DNA from: Adineta vaga
Lineage: Eukaryota; Animalia; Rotifera
Assembly (NCBI GenBank): GCA_021613535.1
Contig: CP075495.1
Span: forward strand, 4,092,001-4,156,000
Direction of reading: 5' to 3'
DNA length: 64,000 nucleotides
The notes beneath the pieces are model-generated. The model was not told where the DNA came from and searched no databases. It saw nothing but the letters and a program-made list of their open reading frames with translations. The position numbers were made by a program, and so were the translations under genes. Shown here piece after piece: positions 26,495-40,015 of this stretch (positions within the stretch are counted from its first letter, which is position 1; the number at the start of each line of letters is the position of its first letter).

Positions 26495-28811
26495 TTGTTT
26501 TGATATCGTTGTTTTTCTGTCTTCTATTTTGAAATAGTTCACTGTGGTGAAAGAAAATCTACACGATACGATACGATTGCAATTATTTTGTTTAGCTTCT
26601 GGTTCTTGCGTTGAAATGATGAAGAAACTGGCAGGGAATGACTCATTGATCGTATCCTCGAATCAAATTCTTTGACATAGTTATGCACTATGAGTTACAC
26701 ATATATATGTTCTGACGAAGAACCTAAATTTAGATAGAGTTTAGATTGAAGTGATATATTCGTGAGACGGAAAATGTTTAGATTAGAACAAATTAGATAA
26801 TTAGTTTTCCTATACTCGCACTCGATGCAAGAATATAGCATTTTACTCGAAATGTTTATCTTCTGTCGGTATAGATTGACTATTAGCATATTCTAAATTT
26901 CTCATCATTAGATTAGTCGATTTCTCTACTGATATATGCTTATCAGTAAATAGTTGTTAAGAAACACAATGCATGTGAAAACAATCAATCCGTTGTCATA
27001 TTTTCAATAAAATCAATCATATATTTTCGATGCCATTTTATCATAAAATAATGAACTACAAAATGATCACTTCGCTGAAGAATTTTCATTCGAGTGAAAA
27101 ATTTCAAGTATGAATATCTGTATTGATTTCATTAAGAAACAATTCGAGACAGAAACGAAAATCTATTCAGATGTTTATTTTTCTCAAATGACTTACTCAA
27201 TCCTCTAAATAAAATCTGTATGAAAGACGTTTACATTGCCAAACGAAAATCTTCGTTAATCTCATCAGTCTTGAGATATTTGAAGTAATTTATATATATG
27301 ATTAAACGATTTACTTCATTGGATTAACATTGTGCATATGTTGACAATCGATATGTGTATATACATATGAACATATAAATGCAACTGGTACTCGTGTCAT
27401 ATAACACATTATTGTCTGTGCATGTGCACTTGTCAAATAGAATGTAGGCGTGTAATACTTATGTATATATAAATGTATTTTTTTTTAAATCTCGATACAT
27501 TGCGTCAAGGTCGTTCTATACAATTGTAATTTGATGTGATAGTGACATTCAAATAAATGAAGTTCTTTTAATCTTTTTTTATGTATATGTATATATATGT
27601 TACATAAGAATTTAAGACAAAGGAAAATCGATGATTTTAGAAAAAAATGTTTCTTTTCTGACAGGTATAATGATTGATGAAGTCCAATAAAAGTATGTAT
27701 GTATGTATGTATGAATGAGAAGATAACTTCAAAATGAACAAAAAATTTATAACGAAAACAATGACATTATCATACTGTCAATCAATAAATGAACTGTCTC
27801 ATATCGTTTCTTTTCTAACTATTCCGAATGATTTGATTGAGATCGATAACAAAAGATAACATATCCTTGATGGATAACAATTATGTTCGATGTACATGTG
27901 TTTGTCAGTAGGTGACATGTGTTCGTACAAACTGATTAATAATCAATGAGATACTTTCTCTCACTTGTCGCTCTCCAATGACCTTGTTCTCGTGCATAAA
28001 TACTTGCACGTATACAGGTGGTTTTCATTACGGATAAATAGTTATCTCAACATAAAATAGTAAAATAACATTTGCAAACGAACGGGTTTTTTTTCGTATC
28101 CTTGTATTCAAATACATACATATATATATATGCATAAGAGGATTGTTTTTCGATGAAATAGACCAAAGATTTTGTTGTAATAAGTATACTCAAGCATAAG
28201 TGAAAGAATAAGTTTGCATATCATATTCAATTCTTTTCATGAAGAAAATTATATATATCAAAGGATCTATATTTCTTTTCAAAGCGTATTTATATGAATT
28301 TAACAATTTTGTTTCTTTTTTTCTTTTTCTTTTTTTTGCTATTCTCATCAGCGTCTTCTTTTCGAGCAGCACTAACATTAAAAAAAATAGAATAGCAAAA
28401 AGAAAACGAGAGGGAGAGAAAAAAAATTAAAGATTCTATATTTCCCTTTCTTTCGTTGTCCTGGTTCCTTGACGGTTTCTAAGTGAAGAAATTCCTTTCT
28501 TTAGCACAATTATTTTCTTTTCTTTCCGCTCAGACATTTTTTATTATTATTCTGATTCTAATATCATCATTCAATATTAGATAGACGAATACATTAAATC
28601 GATTGAAAATAAGCAATTAAACTTGTATTCTATATTCAAAATGTTCGGCTCGATAACGACGGTAACAAGTGCTTCATTCTTCTCTCGTTTTCATACGCAA
28701 GTTAAAGCAGCATAGAGAGAGTGAATAAAAGAACACAAAGAAAGAAAAGGAGAACATACATCTATATATATATATACATACATAACAGGCAACAATCCAT
28801 CTCATTCCGAT

Positions 28812-29573
28812 ATGTATCCGTCTACGTACTCCCCATCTTCACCTGTTCGATCTTCAACAGTTGGAGTAGGATCAACAAATAATCAGTATCAACCTTCAAA
28901 TCGAATGAACTATAATTCTTATCAAACAACGGAGGATGGCAATACATCATTGCGTGGTATCAATACCGCTTATTCAAATAGTGCTTCATCATTAACATCA
29001 ATTCCAATGCGTTCAACAACACCGTCAAGAAAATATGCAAATGATTCAAATACGAATAAATATCAGACAAATCCTTATCGGTCTTATACGGTTGATAGTG
29101 ATGTTTATCGTTCGAATAATTCAGTTGGAAATCAACGAACGAATTCTTATGATGATTTATTAAATGGACAAAATCAAACATATCGATCTCAATCATCGAT
29201 TTATAATTCTTCAACACGTCTTGGTATGAATAGCAATGATCCTTCGTATATTCACCAGCAACCATTATCATCACAACAGCATGTTCGTCGTGTTGAATAC
29301 GATGATGACTTAATAGTCAAATCAACTGATTTATCAGCTCAAAATGAACAAGAAATGCTTGAATTAGTTCGTTTATCTTTACGTAAATTTGATTTAAATA
29401 ATCAACGTGAATTAGCTGGTTTTCTTAAACGATCAGCCGATAAAACATTTTCATCATGTTGGCATTGTATTGTTGGTAGACAATTTAGTTCATATGTTAC
29501 TCATGAAATGAACGGATTTATTTACTTAACAAAAGGTCCACTCTCAATTTTACTTTTTAAAAGTGGCACATAA
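28812..29573 (+). CDS. LC8-type dynein light chain with a long Ser/Asn-rich N-terminal extension, no intron in the CDS
   Basis: C-terminal ELAGFLKRSADKTFSSCWHCIVGRQFSSYVTHE...ILLFKSG. Confidence 0.88.
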   Translation: MYPSTYSPSSPVRSSTVGVGSTNNQYQPSNRMNYNSYQTTEDGNTSLRGINTAYSNSASSLTSIPMRSTTPSRKYANDSNTNKYQTNPYRSYTVDSDVYRSNNSVGNQRTNSYDDLLNGQNQTYRSQSSIYNSSTRLGMNSNDPSYIHQQPLSSQQHVRRVEYDDDLIVKSTDLSAQNEQEMLELVRLSLRKFDLNNQRELAGFLKRSADKTFSSCWHCIVGRQFSSYVTHEMNGFIYLTKGPLSILLFKSGT

Positions 29574-29992
29574 ATATATCTATTCGTTTTTTAGAACATA
29601 TATCTTCGTCTGTATATAAATAATTATTAGTATTTATTTTAATTTTATTTTCCTTTGTTCTATCTTAGACATTTGACAAAATAAATCGTAAACAACAAAA
29701 TGAAAAAAACACATCATGTTAATATATATGCTAATCTTGTGCTTGATATTTTGCGGCTCATTTAATACGAAAAAGAAAGAAAAATATATTTTACCTTTTG
29801 ATTATCATTAAGTATTCTTATTTTTAGTGTAAAAAACAACAACAACAAAATGAAATCATTCGATTTAAAAAAAAGAAACGTTTGGCTTTTATTTTCGTTT
29901 AGCAAAAGATGAAGAAAGAAAGAAGAAGAAAAAAGACAAGATATGTACAGATAAAATCGCATACAATACTGAAAAAACAAGAACTTACATAT

Positions 29993-32900
29993 TTACCAGA
30001 AAGGACACCATCCAATATAAGATCTAAAGAGAAAAGAAAGAAATCAAGCAGGAAAGTTGTTTTTTTCTTTCGAAATAAAAAGAAAACATACTGGCAAAGA
30101 TTTTCATGACTTGTAGCTTGTTTAATAAGTAATTCAACTTGCATAGGAATATCCACAGGTTGTTCACGATGAAAATCACTTCCTGTCAATTTTTCTCGTA
30201 CACGATTCATGATTTCAACTGCACGAATCGTTCGACCGGGTTGAGGTACAAGATTTTGCTGTTGAACATTCTGTTGTTGTGCTGTACCACCAATGGTACT
30301 TTCATGTTCATTATCTTCTTCATTGACAGTAGATAAATGTGGTTGATAGTGTGGTTGTTGTAGTTGACCTGCTTGTGGAGATCTATTACTTGCACCTGAT
30401 ACAGCGACAGTTTGTTCGGTTGTATTATTTTCTAACAAACGCCAATTCAGTAAAGGATCATGTACGAATGCTTCTAATACAGCCATAAGGCTATCACGAT
30501 TTTTTCTTAGTACATCCATAACATGTTCACATGTCATACGGAATGTGCCATCGATGCCGGTAACTTCCATCGCTTTGCGTAACATACGTGTTAAACGGAA
30601 TGGAATTTTTTCCGGAAATTTTTCTCGCGTCATGGCAACTTCGAAACAATCGCCAAAATCGATATGAACAACTTTTCCACTGGCACGATCAAGCATCAAA
30701 TTCGATGGATGACGATCACCTAAACCTAGTATATACCCAACCTATAAAACAAATAATCATAGAAAATATTGTTTCATTCGATCGAGATTTTGTTTGAAAA
30801 TATGATTATTATTAACAAAACTTTCGAAGCAAAAAAAAATTCAATGTTCGATATTTAATCTTAAGGGTATAGATTTCTATTGCTGTGTTATCCTGCTGTG
30901 AACTCTGCAGAAATCTGTAATCAACAGGAGAAAAGTATTATTTCCAAAGAACTATTGAATTTCTTTTTTTTTTTATTCATTCTTTCTCTACATGAATTTT
31001 ATCAACGTGTTTCTAAAGTATTTTAATCAACTACTGATCGATCATATAAATATTTATTTTAAGATATCATTATATTTTCTATTCATTTTTTTCTTCTTAC
31101 TTACCATTGACATAACTGCTAATGATCTTGTATAATTTGATCGTCTATCAAGCCATATTTCTGCACTTGAACTCTTATGCCATAGGATTTTCGCTAAATC
31201 ATCTCCTTCCAATAAATTCAATGCGTATTCAAATACTTCGACTTTATTTATCAATGGTAATTGATCATAATGTGGCGCTTTTCCTTGCATATAACGATGT
31301 TCAGCATTAAGCATGATACGAGCTTTTTCACGATGTTCTTTGATTAATGCATGAAATGTGTCACATTGAGCAACCCATCCTAGTAAACCATTATTAGGTG
31401 CTAAAGGTATAACCGGATAACGTTGAATAATAAAATTACGACGACGTGTTTCATCATTTGCTGAAAGAAATTCATTGACTAAACCGAATAATTGCATAAC
31501 ACGTTCATCTTGTCGTAAATCCTCATGTCCTTTTAATAAGAAAACATATTCATATCCATCTGAACCTGTTATACTAATTTTTCTCGGTCGTTGTTTCGAT
31601 GTAATTACTGTAATACGAGAATGAACACTTCGAATTGTAATTGGTGTTTTATGTGGTTCGTAAGTACCCGGAACAGCTAATTCTAAATCACGACAATGTG
31701 TCGCAAGTCCTGAAAAGAAAGAATATTCAAATAGAAATAAGAATAGTTAATCATTAAATGTGCTTACGTGGAGAAACATAATCTAATTCAAGAGATGTTA
31801 TATTTGGTAATTGAGCATGAATACGTTTAAATACTTGATGATAAAGATCCCAAGCTTGATGTAATTCACGTTGATCTTTTGTGCGTTGAAAACGACGAAT
31901 ACATTCATGTGCTTGAGATAAATCATTACTGTAAGAATCAAGAAATGTACGTTCATTTAATGTGCTACTACCACGTTCAATTGTTCCGTGTAATGGTTCT
32001 AATGTATCAATCATACCTAAGGCAAGAACAAATGATTACTTTGTTATTTCTATTTTCAAACTTCTCTATAAATACCTTGAATACTTCGTTCACCAAAATA
32101 TTGTCTTGATGCTTCTTCTAAACCTTCGTGCCATTTTTCATGCCATAATATTGATATTCGAATTAATTCCTCACTAACAACTAATGCTTGTGAAACAAGT
32201 GTATGACTATGTTCTCTCATATTATTTAGAACTCGATTTGCAGCTATTTCACGTTCACGAACAACTGATTTCGATGCAACAACTAATGGATAAATTAAAG
32301 CTTGTGGATGTTGTCGACCCACATCGATAAGTAAATGTCGAATTAATTGATGTACTAGAGGCCTTGGAGAATCAATACGTGCAATTAATTGTGGTAAAAC
32401 TTGTAACCAGACTTCGACAGGTACAGTACGAATACCTTCGACAAGTGCTTCATGTACTTCACGATATTGTCCATATTCAAACCAAAGTGTTAATAAACGA
32501 AGAGTATCTTGCAAACAATGTTTTGCTTTTGAAAGAACAATTGATTTAAGTAAACCTTTAACAGCTGGTATTGTACAATGTATCATTCTTGCCGTTAATT
32601 GTCGATACGCTTCATTTGATGCTTCAAGATTTGGTTGTTGCGATGGTGCAGATGTTGATATCGAAGGTGGTGGTGTTTGTGGTGGTTGCTGCTGTTGTTG
32701 TTGTTGTTGTTGACGAGCTGGTGAAATCGAAGATTCAGTAGTGATGGCCGATGGCGATGGTGGAGGTTGTTGTTGTTGCTGATTATTTCTCGATAGTTCT
32801 TGTATACGTTGTTTAAAATGGTTAACAGCATCATAGTTGAGTACAGCATAAGCATTCCACGCTTTATAATTTGAATCATCGTAGGTCCAAGCATGTTCAT

Positions 32901-35900
32901 AATTTTTCATAATTTCATTTAATGTTAAATCATCCGTCATACCAAATAATTCATGTTGCCATGTACCAATACGTAAATAACATTTAGATATCAATTGACG
33001 AAGACGTTGTTCACGTTGATTAATCGGTTGAGATGGTGTTGATAATGATGTACTCGTCATTAAAGAAAATGCAGTTGAATTCAATGGTGGTGTTGCTGCT
33101 GTTGTAGTAATAGAAAGTCCCTAGAAAAAAAGAATTTCAATAAAACATTTTCTTTTTGTTAAAAACAAAATCATACTGCTAATTGTGGCATAGTATTAAC
33201 GGTTTGTGTTGCTCCACCTAATGTTGTTCCGGCTACAGCTGGTGTTGTACCACCACTTGTTATAATATTTGGTTGTTGAACATTTCCTGTCGTCGTTGTT
33301 GCTGCTTGTTTTCTCAAATGATCTAATGCTGGTAAACATGGTTTAAGAACCATTTCTTTCATTTCTTCAATTAATTTCAATTGTTCTTGACGATTTTGAT
33401 CTAATTTAACATTTGTAATTTCAATATTTGCTGATACGGTTGTCGAAATACTTGTTGACGAAGCTGATGATGATAATGATGCTGGTACATGAATATTTTC
33501 AATCATAGAATTATTTTCATTATTTAAAACTAATTTACGATTTTGTCTTTCCGATAAAAGACGTTCACGTGAAGCTAGTAAACAATGCCAATCATATTTC
33601 GCTATTTCATATTTAACTAATTGTTGATCAATTAATGTTGGATGATAAGATGTTTGTTGTGATGGTAACGAAAATGCTGGTGTTGTTGTTGCTTGAACAT
33701 TGAACTGATGTGATGTTTGAGTTTGATACGTATTTGCACTATGAATTGAAATATCACGATTAAGATTAGTTTGATCAGTTAAAACTGTATGTGCTAATTC
33801 TTTAAATATGAAATCAGCCATAGTTAAACGATTTGATTTACGACAAAGATTTGCTAGTTTAATCCAAGACTGAAGATCTTGAGCCATGGGTAAGCAAAGT
33901 GAATGAGTGAGTAGTAAACGATGATAATCATCGATGATTGGTTGATTACCTAGCATACGTTTTTGCCAGATATCACAGATTGATTGACGACGTTCAGGTA
34001 AGATTTTATAATACCAAGCTTCTTCTAATTCAGATAATAGTTGAGCATTTATCATAGCTACAAGAAAAAAATAGAAAAAATGTTCATTGGTTTTTAAATG
34101 AAAGTTCTATTACCTGAATATGCTCGATTATAACTTTCATTCGCTAATGTTGTCAATTCAACATCTAATAGTTCTCGCGCTAAATCAATTGAATCTTGTG
34201 CCTGTCGATAATTATCATTTCGAATAGCATCAACAGCACGATAATAAGCACCTTCAAATTTCGTGTCTGGTATGTGAATATAATATTTTTCCATATCACT
34301 CAAATCAGTAAGACTCCATGCTGCACGTGTAGCCATAGGTGCAATTTTTTGCTGTAATATTTTCTTTAATTCTCGTCCATTAATAAGTCCTTGTGGAGAT
34401 GTTAGCGATGTTGTCGAAGAATTTCTTTCAATCAAACTTGTTGAAAATGGTAACATTGTCAATGGTTGTTCATCACGAATTTGATCCGTTAGTTCCCATA
34501 CTTGACTAGCTAAATCTCTTAAATCAGCCCATGAACCAAGCGCTTGCATACATCTCATACGTCCTAAATGTATATCCATATTTGATGGATCATTCGTTTT
34601 AAGAAATTCATAATTTCTCAATGCACGTTCCCATTGATTTAATTTTTCATACCAAAGACCTTTTATTTTAATATTATGATGTTTAGCATATTGTAATGCA
34701 CCATATGCCGCTTCGGATTGTTGCAATTCATGATTAATACTAATCAAAGATTCGACAATATCCGATGTAACAGCTATTTGATTTGACGATGATGAATCAT
34801 GTTGTCGTTGAAATTCTTCTTCTTTATATCTTAATGCTTTTGCATAAGCTCGAACTGAAAATGCTTTTTCACTTAATAGATGAATATTAATTAATGATCT
34901 TTCCGTATCATCATCATTATCAATATTTTGATCTCGACGATTTGTTCGATCTCTTTCATTTGTACCATCTTCATTTGTATCATTTAAATTCACTTCTTCA
35001 CTTCGTCGATTACCTTTCTGTTGTCGTTCTAATTTCAATTTCAAGTCACAATGATTACGAAATTCTGCTAAATTCAAAATTATTTGTATAACATCTGGTT
35101 TATCACAGACAGATAAAACATATGTTAAAGCAGATGTTAAACTTGCTCGATCATTCACATTCAATTCACTCCAACAAGATATAAATGATGCATTGAATAA
35201 ATCACGTGGTATCGATGGTGATACTTGTGCTAAACAGGTGCCCATAGCTCGTAGTGGATAGACAGGTGATTGTTCGAGAACAAGTTGTTGAAATTTATTT
35301 AACCACATTGGTAAATCTTTTGCATTGCGTTGTGTTGCTTGATGCCAATGTTGTCGTAATTGTTCAGTACGTATTATATATAACATTTTCTCATCCGATC
35401 TTTTCACTGGTTCATTCGACGATTGATTCATACCGTGATTTGAACCACTGGCAATTTCTGTTTGAACATCAACAAATGATGAATCTTTTAATTTTGATAT
35501 ATATAATTCATATTTCGAATGTTGTAATTTCTTTTCATCCATTGTTCGTGATACAAGTGAACTAAATACAAGAAAATGTTTACCCATTTGTTGTGCTAAT
35601 ACTAGAATAATATCTAAACATTTCATTTGTAATTGGGGAGTTTGACGTATAATACGTAGAAGAATTTGTAAAATAGCTGAAACATAATCGCTAAGAAAAA
35701 CTTTATCAGCTAATTGTTCAATTGTATCTAGTGCTTCTTGACGTAATTTCATTGGATAAGTATTTGTTGACGCTATTTCTAATATTGATGGTAAAACAAC
35801 ATTAAAATGTGGTTTTAATGTTTTACCAAATTTATTTAATGTTGAAAACATTTGAGATAAAATTAATTGTCTATCTTGTGTTTGATTAGGTGATAGATTT

Positions 35901-38900
35901 GTTAGACCAAGATAATTTGTATCAATACGAAATGTTTTCATCACAAATGGTAATAGTAAATGTATATAATGACGAAACTCACTATCTAAAGCAGCTGCTA
36001 ATGATTCAATGGTTTGTATAAGTAAGATTTGAAGATCATTATGTTTATCCCAATAATCACGAATTAACTGTACAACATCATTAACATAGGGTGTAATTGA
36101 ACTTTTGATGGAAATAATAATAATATTAATTTGACGAAAATAGGGAACTAAATTTCTATCATCAGTATTACGTACAACGGATAGTAAACGTGGTAAAACA
36201 AGTGAAACATATTGAGTACAAATACTACCTAACCATTGAAGAATAATTGATATAGCTTGAACAGCTTTTAAATGTAATTGTGGACTATTTGGATCTTTAA
36301 GTACACGAAGACAAACATAGATAGCCATTGAAGTATAGAAATCATGTAATGATTGTGCACCAGATGCAACTAAAAGTTCATTCGAAGATATTTCAATAGG
36401 ATCTGGTTCACCACGAACACGATGTGTTAATGTGATATCATTGACATCAAATGATAGTGAACGTAAAGGATCATTACTTGATCGTACATGATACGGATCA
36501 ATGGCACCAAGAAAACCAAGAACACGAATTGTCTCACGACGAAATGGTGTTTCTTCGGATTTTAAAAATTGTAAAAGAACATCAAGTAAAATTGGATATT
36601 TTTGTAGTGGTTCAATAACATAACAACAACTTTCAACAATCTGTCCAATAGTCCAAAGAGCAACTTCACGTTTACGATAATTTGATGTATCTTGCATCAT
36701 ATTTATAAGAATAGGAAAAAGATCGTGAATACGTTGATCAAGATCAATACCACACACTTGAGCTTGCTCACCAACGGTACGAACTAAAGCAATTAAAACA
36801 TTCGAATGTTGTTCATGTTGTTTTATTAATGGTAGAAGTGCCTAAAAATTAACAAAATTCACTATAAAACCGTTTTTTTTATTTATAATAGAACGAATTT
36901 ACTTGTGTTATTGATTGCATATATGGTCTAACAATTCTTGGCGTGTTCGCAATTAATTGTCCTAATAATCTTGATGCTTGTTCTTTTCCACTTAATGAAC
37001 ATCCAATTTCTAATTCAGTTAATAATTGTAATAATAAATGTCTTAGAGGAGGTAAAACATAGGCAGGATTTATATTCGATAAACGTCCAATTAAACTTAA
37101 TGCTAATTCTCTAATTTCATGACATTCATCATGAACAGAAAAGAATAATAATTCTAATGCTTCAGATTTAGCAAGAAATTGTTTAAAATCATCTTGTAAA
37201 GTAAGAAATACATTATAACGTACATCAGGATCTAAATCAGTGACACCAATAGTTAAAATTCTTTGTGTAATTAAACCAATTTTAATTCGTAATTTATTTG
37301 CTGCAATTAATGAACTCGTTGTATTTGATGAAAGAATCGTTTGTGCTGATGGTAATAATAATTTTCTTAGTAAATGAGTTATAGTTATAATAGATTCAAT
37401 TCTAATACGAACATTTTCATGTTCAATAAAACGTGAATTTAATGTATCAATAAATAAGGGTTCAATGGCTTGTGCTTCGAAATCAAATATACGTAATGTT
37501 TGTAAAGCAATCAATACCATGTCATTTTGTTCATTTGTTAAATTGGTATTATATGCCAATGGATTACATAGAATCAATCGAAGATTTTCTAATAAACCTT
37601 GATGAATTTTACGTTTCGTATCTGTTAAAATTAATGGCATGGAACATAATTTATCTAAACAAAATAATAATGAATGATTTAAACCACAATGCAGTAAATA
37701 TTCTAATAGAGTATCTAAACATTTCGATGCTTCCGGTCCAGCTTCACCAATCATTGTTATACATGCGAAAACACTTGAATCAGGTGATAGATATCGATAT
37801 GGTAATAGACTATTATTCGATGATGATTGTTGTGGTAATGATGAAGTACTTGATAATTGATTTGAATTATTTCGACGATGAGAATGTGTTGATGTCATGG
37901 AAGTGTTTGCTGATGGTATTGGAATGAATGTTTGTTTTAAACATTCAAAAATTTTCGACATATCTTTGGTAAATGGTGTTGTTGTTATTAATAGATCGGT
38001 ATCACTCGTTCGACTTGTTTTATCCGAAAGTATCATTAAACCTAATGCATGAAATGCTAATTGACGTTCTTTTAATTCACGTGAATTGATACGTTCAAAA
38101 ATAAAATTCATTGTAGCATCAACATACGGTTGGTGAGAAAATAATTTGTAATTTAAGGATGCTAAACGTGGTAAAATACGAATTAATACATTGGCAATCA
38201 TTGATTTTGGATATTGACGATATTGAAAAACTTGATTACAGATTTGAAGAAAATTTTCTAACATAATTGAGCGCATTAAAGATGATTGAACTTGTATTTG
38301 TGATTGTTCGGGATTATCAATGAGATCCATCGGTGATAAAGGTCCAGTGCGTTCGAATGTTAAAGCAACACGAGAACGATGAACATCCTACATAATAATA
38401 ATAATAATCAATCGAAAAGAGATTATCGTAACTAATCTTCAAATTCAATTGTATTTGATTCTTAGTCTAAGAACAATATCTTACTTTATAAGAAATAGGC
38501 TTTGGTTTCGGTGCACTATATGGTTGAATTAAATCTTGACAAATATTCTAGAACAAAAAATCTAATGTACATAATATCTATGATAATCAAATATCTTACT
38601 TCAAATTTAACATCTGATACACGTAATAATTCATTCAATAATAGAAGTCCACCATGAATACGATCTTCCTTTTGTACATTTTTACTTTTAGTTGGGTCAA
38701 CTGCTAAACATTTCATTGCTTCTCTAAAAGCCATCTAAATAAAGAAATATTCAGTATGAATAAAAAACGTTTTCTTTCATTGAGCTCTTAAACAAACATA
38801 ATAGGCTTTGAGAAATGTATTGGATTCGAGATTGATTGGATTATTTGTATTACTACTAGTTAATTCTTGTCCAGTTGTCATTTCACTATTATTGTTTTTC

Positions 38901-39795
38901 TGTTCTTCACGCTCACGATCAATTAGAACAACCAATGTTCCTTGCATAGTTTCAGCAAATGCTTCACGTATATATTGCTAAAAATAAACGAAGATTCTAT
39001 TGAATTTCTCTATCATTTTCAATACATACTTTTGGATCTGTCATTGTACCAAAAAGTTGTTCAAAAAATTGTTCCACTGGTGTGATTAAATGATAATAAC
39101 GTGATGGAGCAGCGAGAGCTATTTCTTTTAAAATTGTTATACCACTATAACGTCTTGTTTCATGTTTTTCATCTTTTGATATTCGTTCGAGTGCTTTAGG
39201 TACATCCAATGAAAATTGATCGATACTCATTCGACCGCAACCCTACCATTCATTTGATGAGAACAAAATATGAAAATCGATATGAGAAAAGAATTTACTT
39301 TAACTAGAATACATGTGAGTTTAACGACTAGTTCGCATAAATTAGCATCGACTGACATTTGTTTATAGCCGCGTAGAGTAGGTTCTAATTTATTGCTGAG
39401 TTCTGTGTATAAATTTTGTCCAGCACACACAAAACAGACTAAAATTGTTACATAGTATCGTTAAAAGAATAACAAAAAGAAGAAAAAACATACGAATAAC
39501 AAGAAGTGCTGCGCGATTTTCATTGACATCATTTGGATTACTCATTTTCTTACGAACAAAATCTTGTACTTGTTCTACAATGCTTGCCACAACATCAGTC
39601 GGTGCCTGAAGAAACACACAATAAATCTACACTTGCTCTTAAAAAGCAAGAAATTATACTTACATCTGCGTATTGAGCAATAATGCGTTCATAGAGTTCA
39701 TCTGTTGCTCGACGACGTATGTCTTCATTTGAACTCTGTAAACCTTCAACAAATTGCTCCAATAAAACAGAAAACCGGGTATCCGTTATAGACAT
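29993..39795 (-). CDS. MTOR: Serine/threonine kinase mTOR (HEAT, FAT, FRB, PIKK kinase, FATC)
   Basis: [20 protein letters not shown] (FRB), [34 protein letters not shown]|SYIGWCPFW-stop. Confidence 0.98.
32687..32712 (-). repeat. CAA/CAG polyglutamine tract inside the mTOR FAT domain
   Basis: [12 protein letters not shown] in ORF 32056-33084. Confidence 0.85.
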
Positions 39796-40015
39796 ATTTT
39801 ATCTGAAGAAACAAACTAGAATAGTATTTTTTTGCCTATCAACAATATATTGTTAGAATCTTTTTAGGTTTTGTTTTTTCGTTCTCAAAAAACACACATT
39901 ACACTAAGTTAATAACAAACAGCAAATGGAAGAAGAAAAAAAACAAAAAAAACGAAAAACTATGCTTGTATGAGCAATATGTGTATGAATAGCCTAAAGA
40001 CATTTCCATTGATCA

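Noticed and set aside
29899-30090. ORF-track hydrophobic C-terminus of mTOR
   Set aside because: Intron read-through; splicing restores the canonical FATC end SYIGWCPFW.
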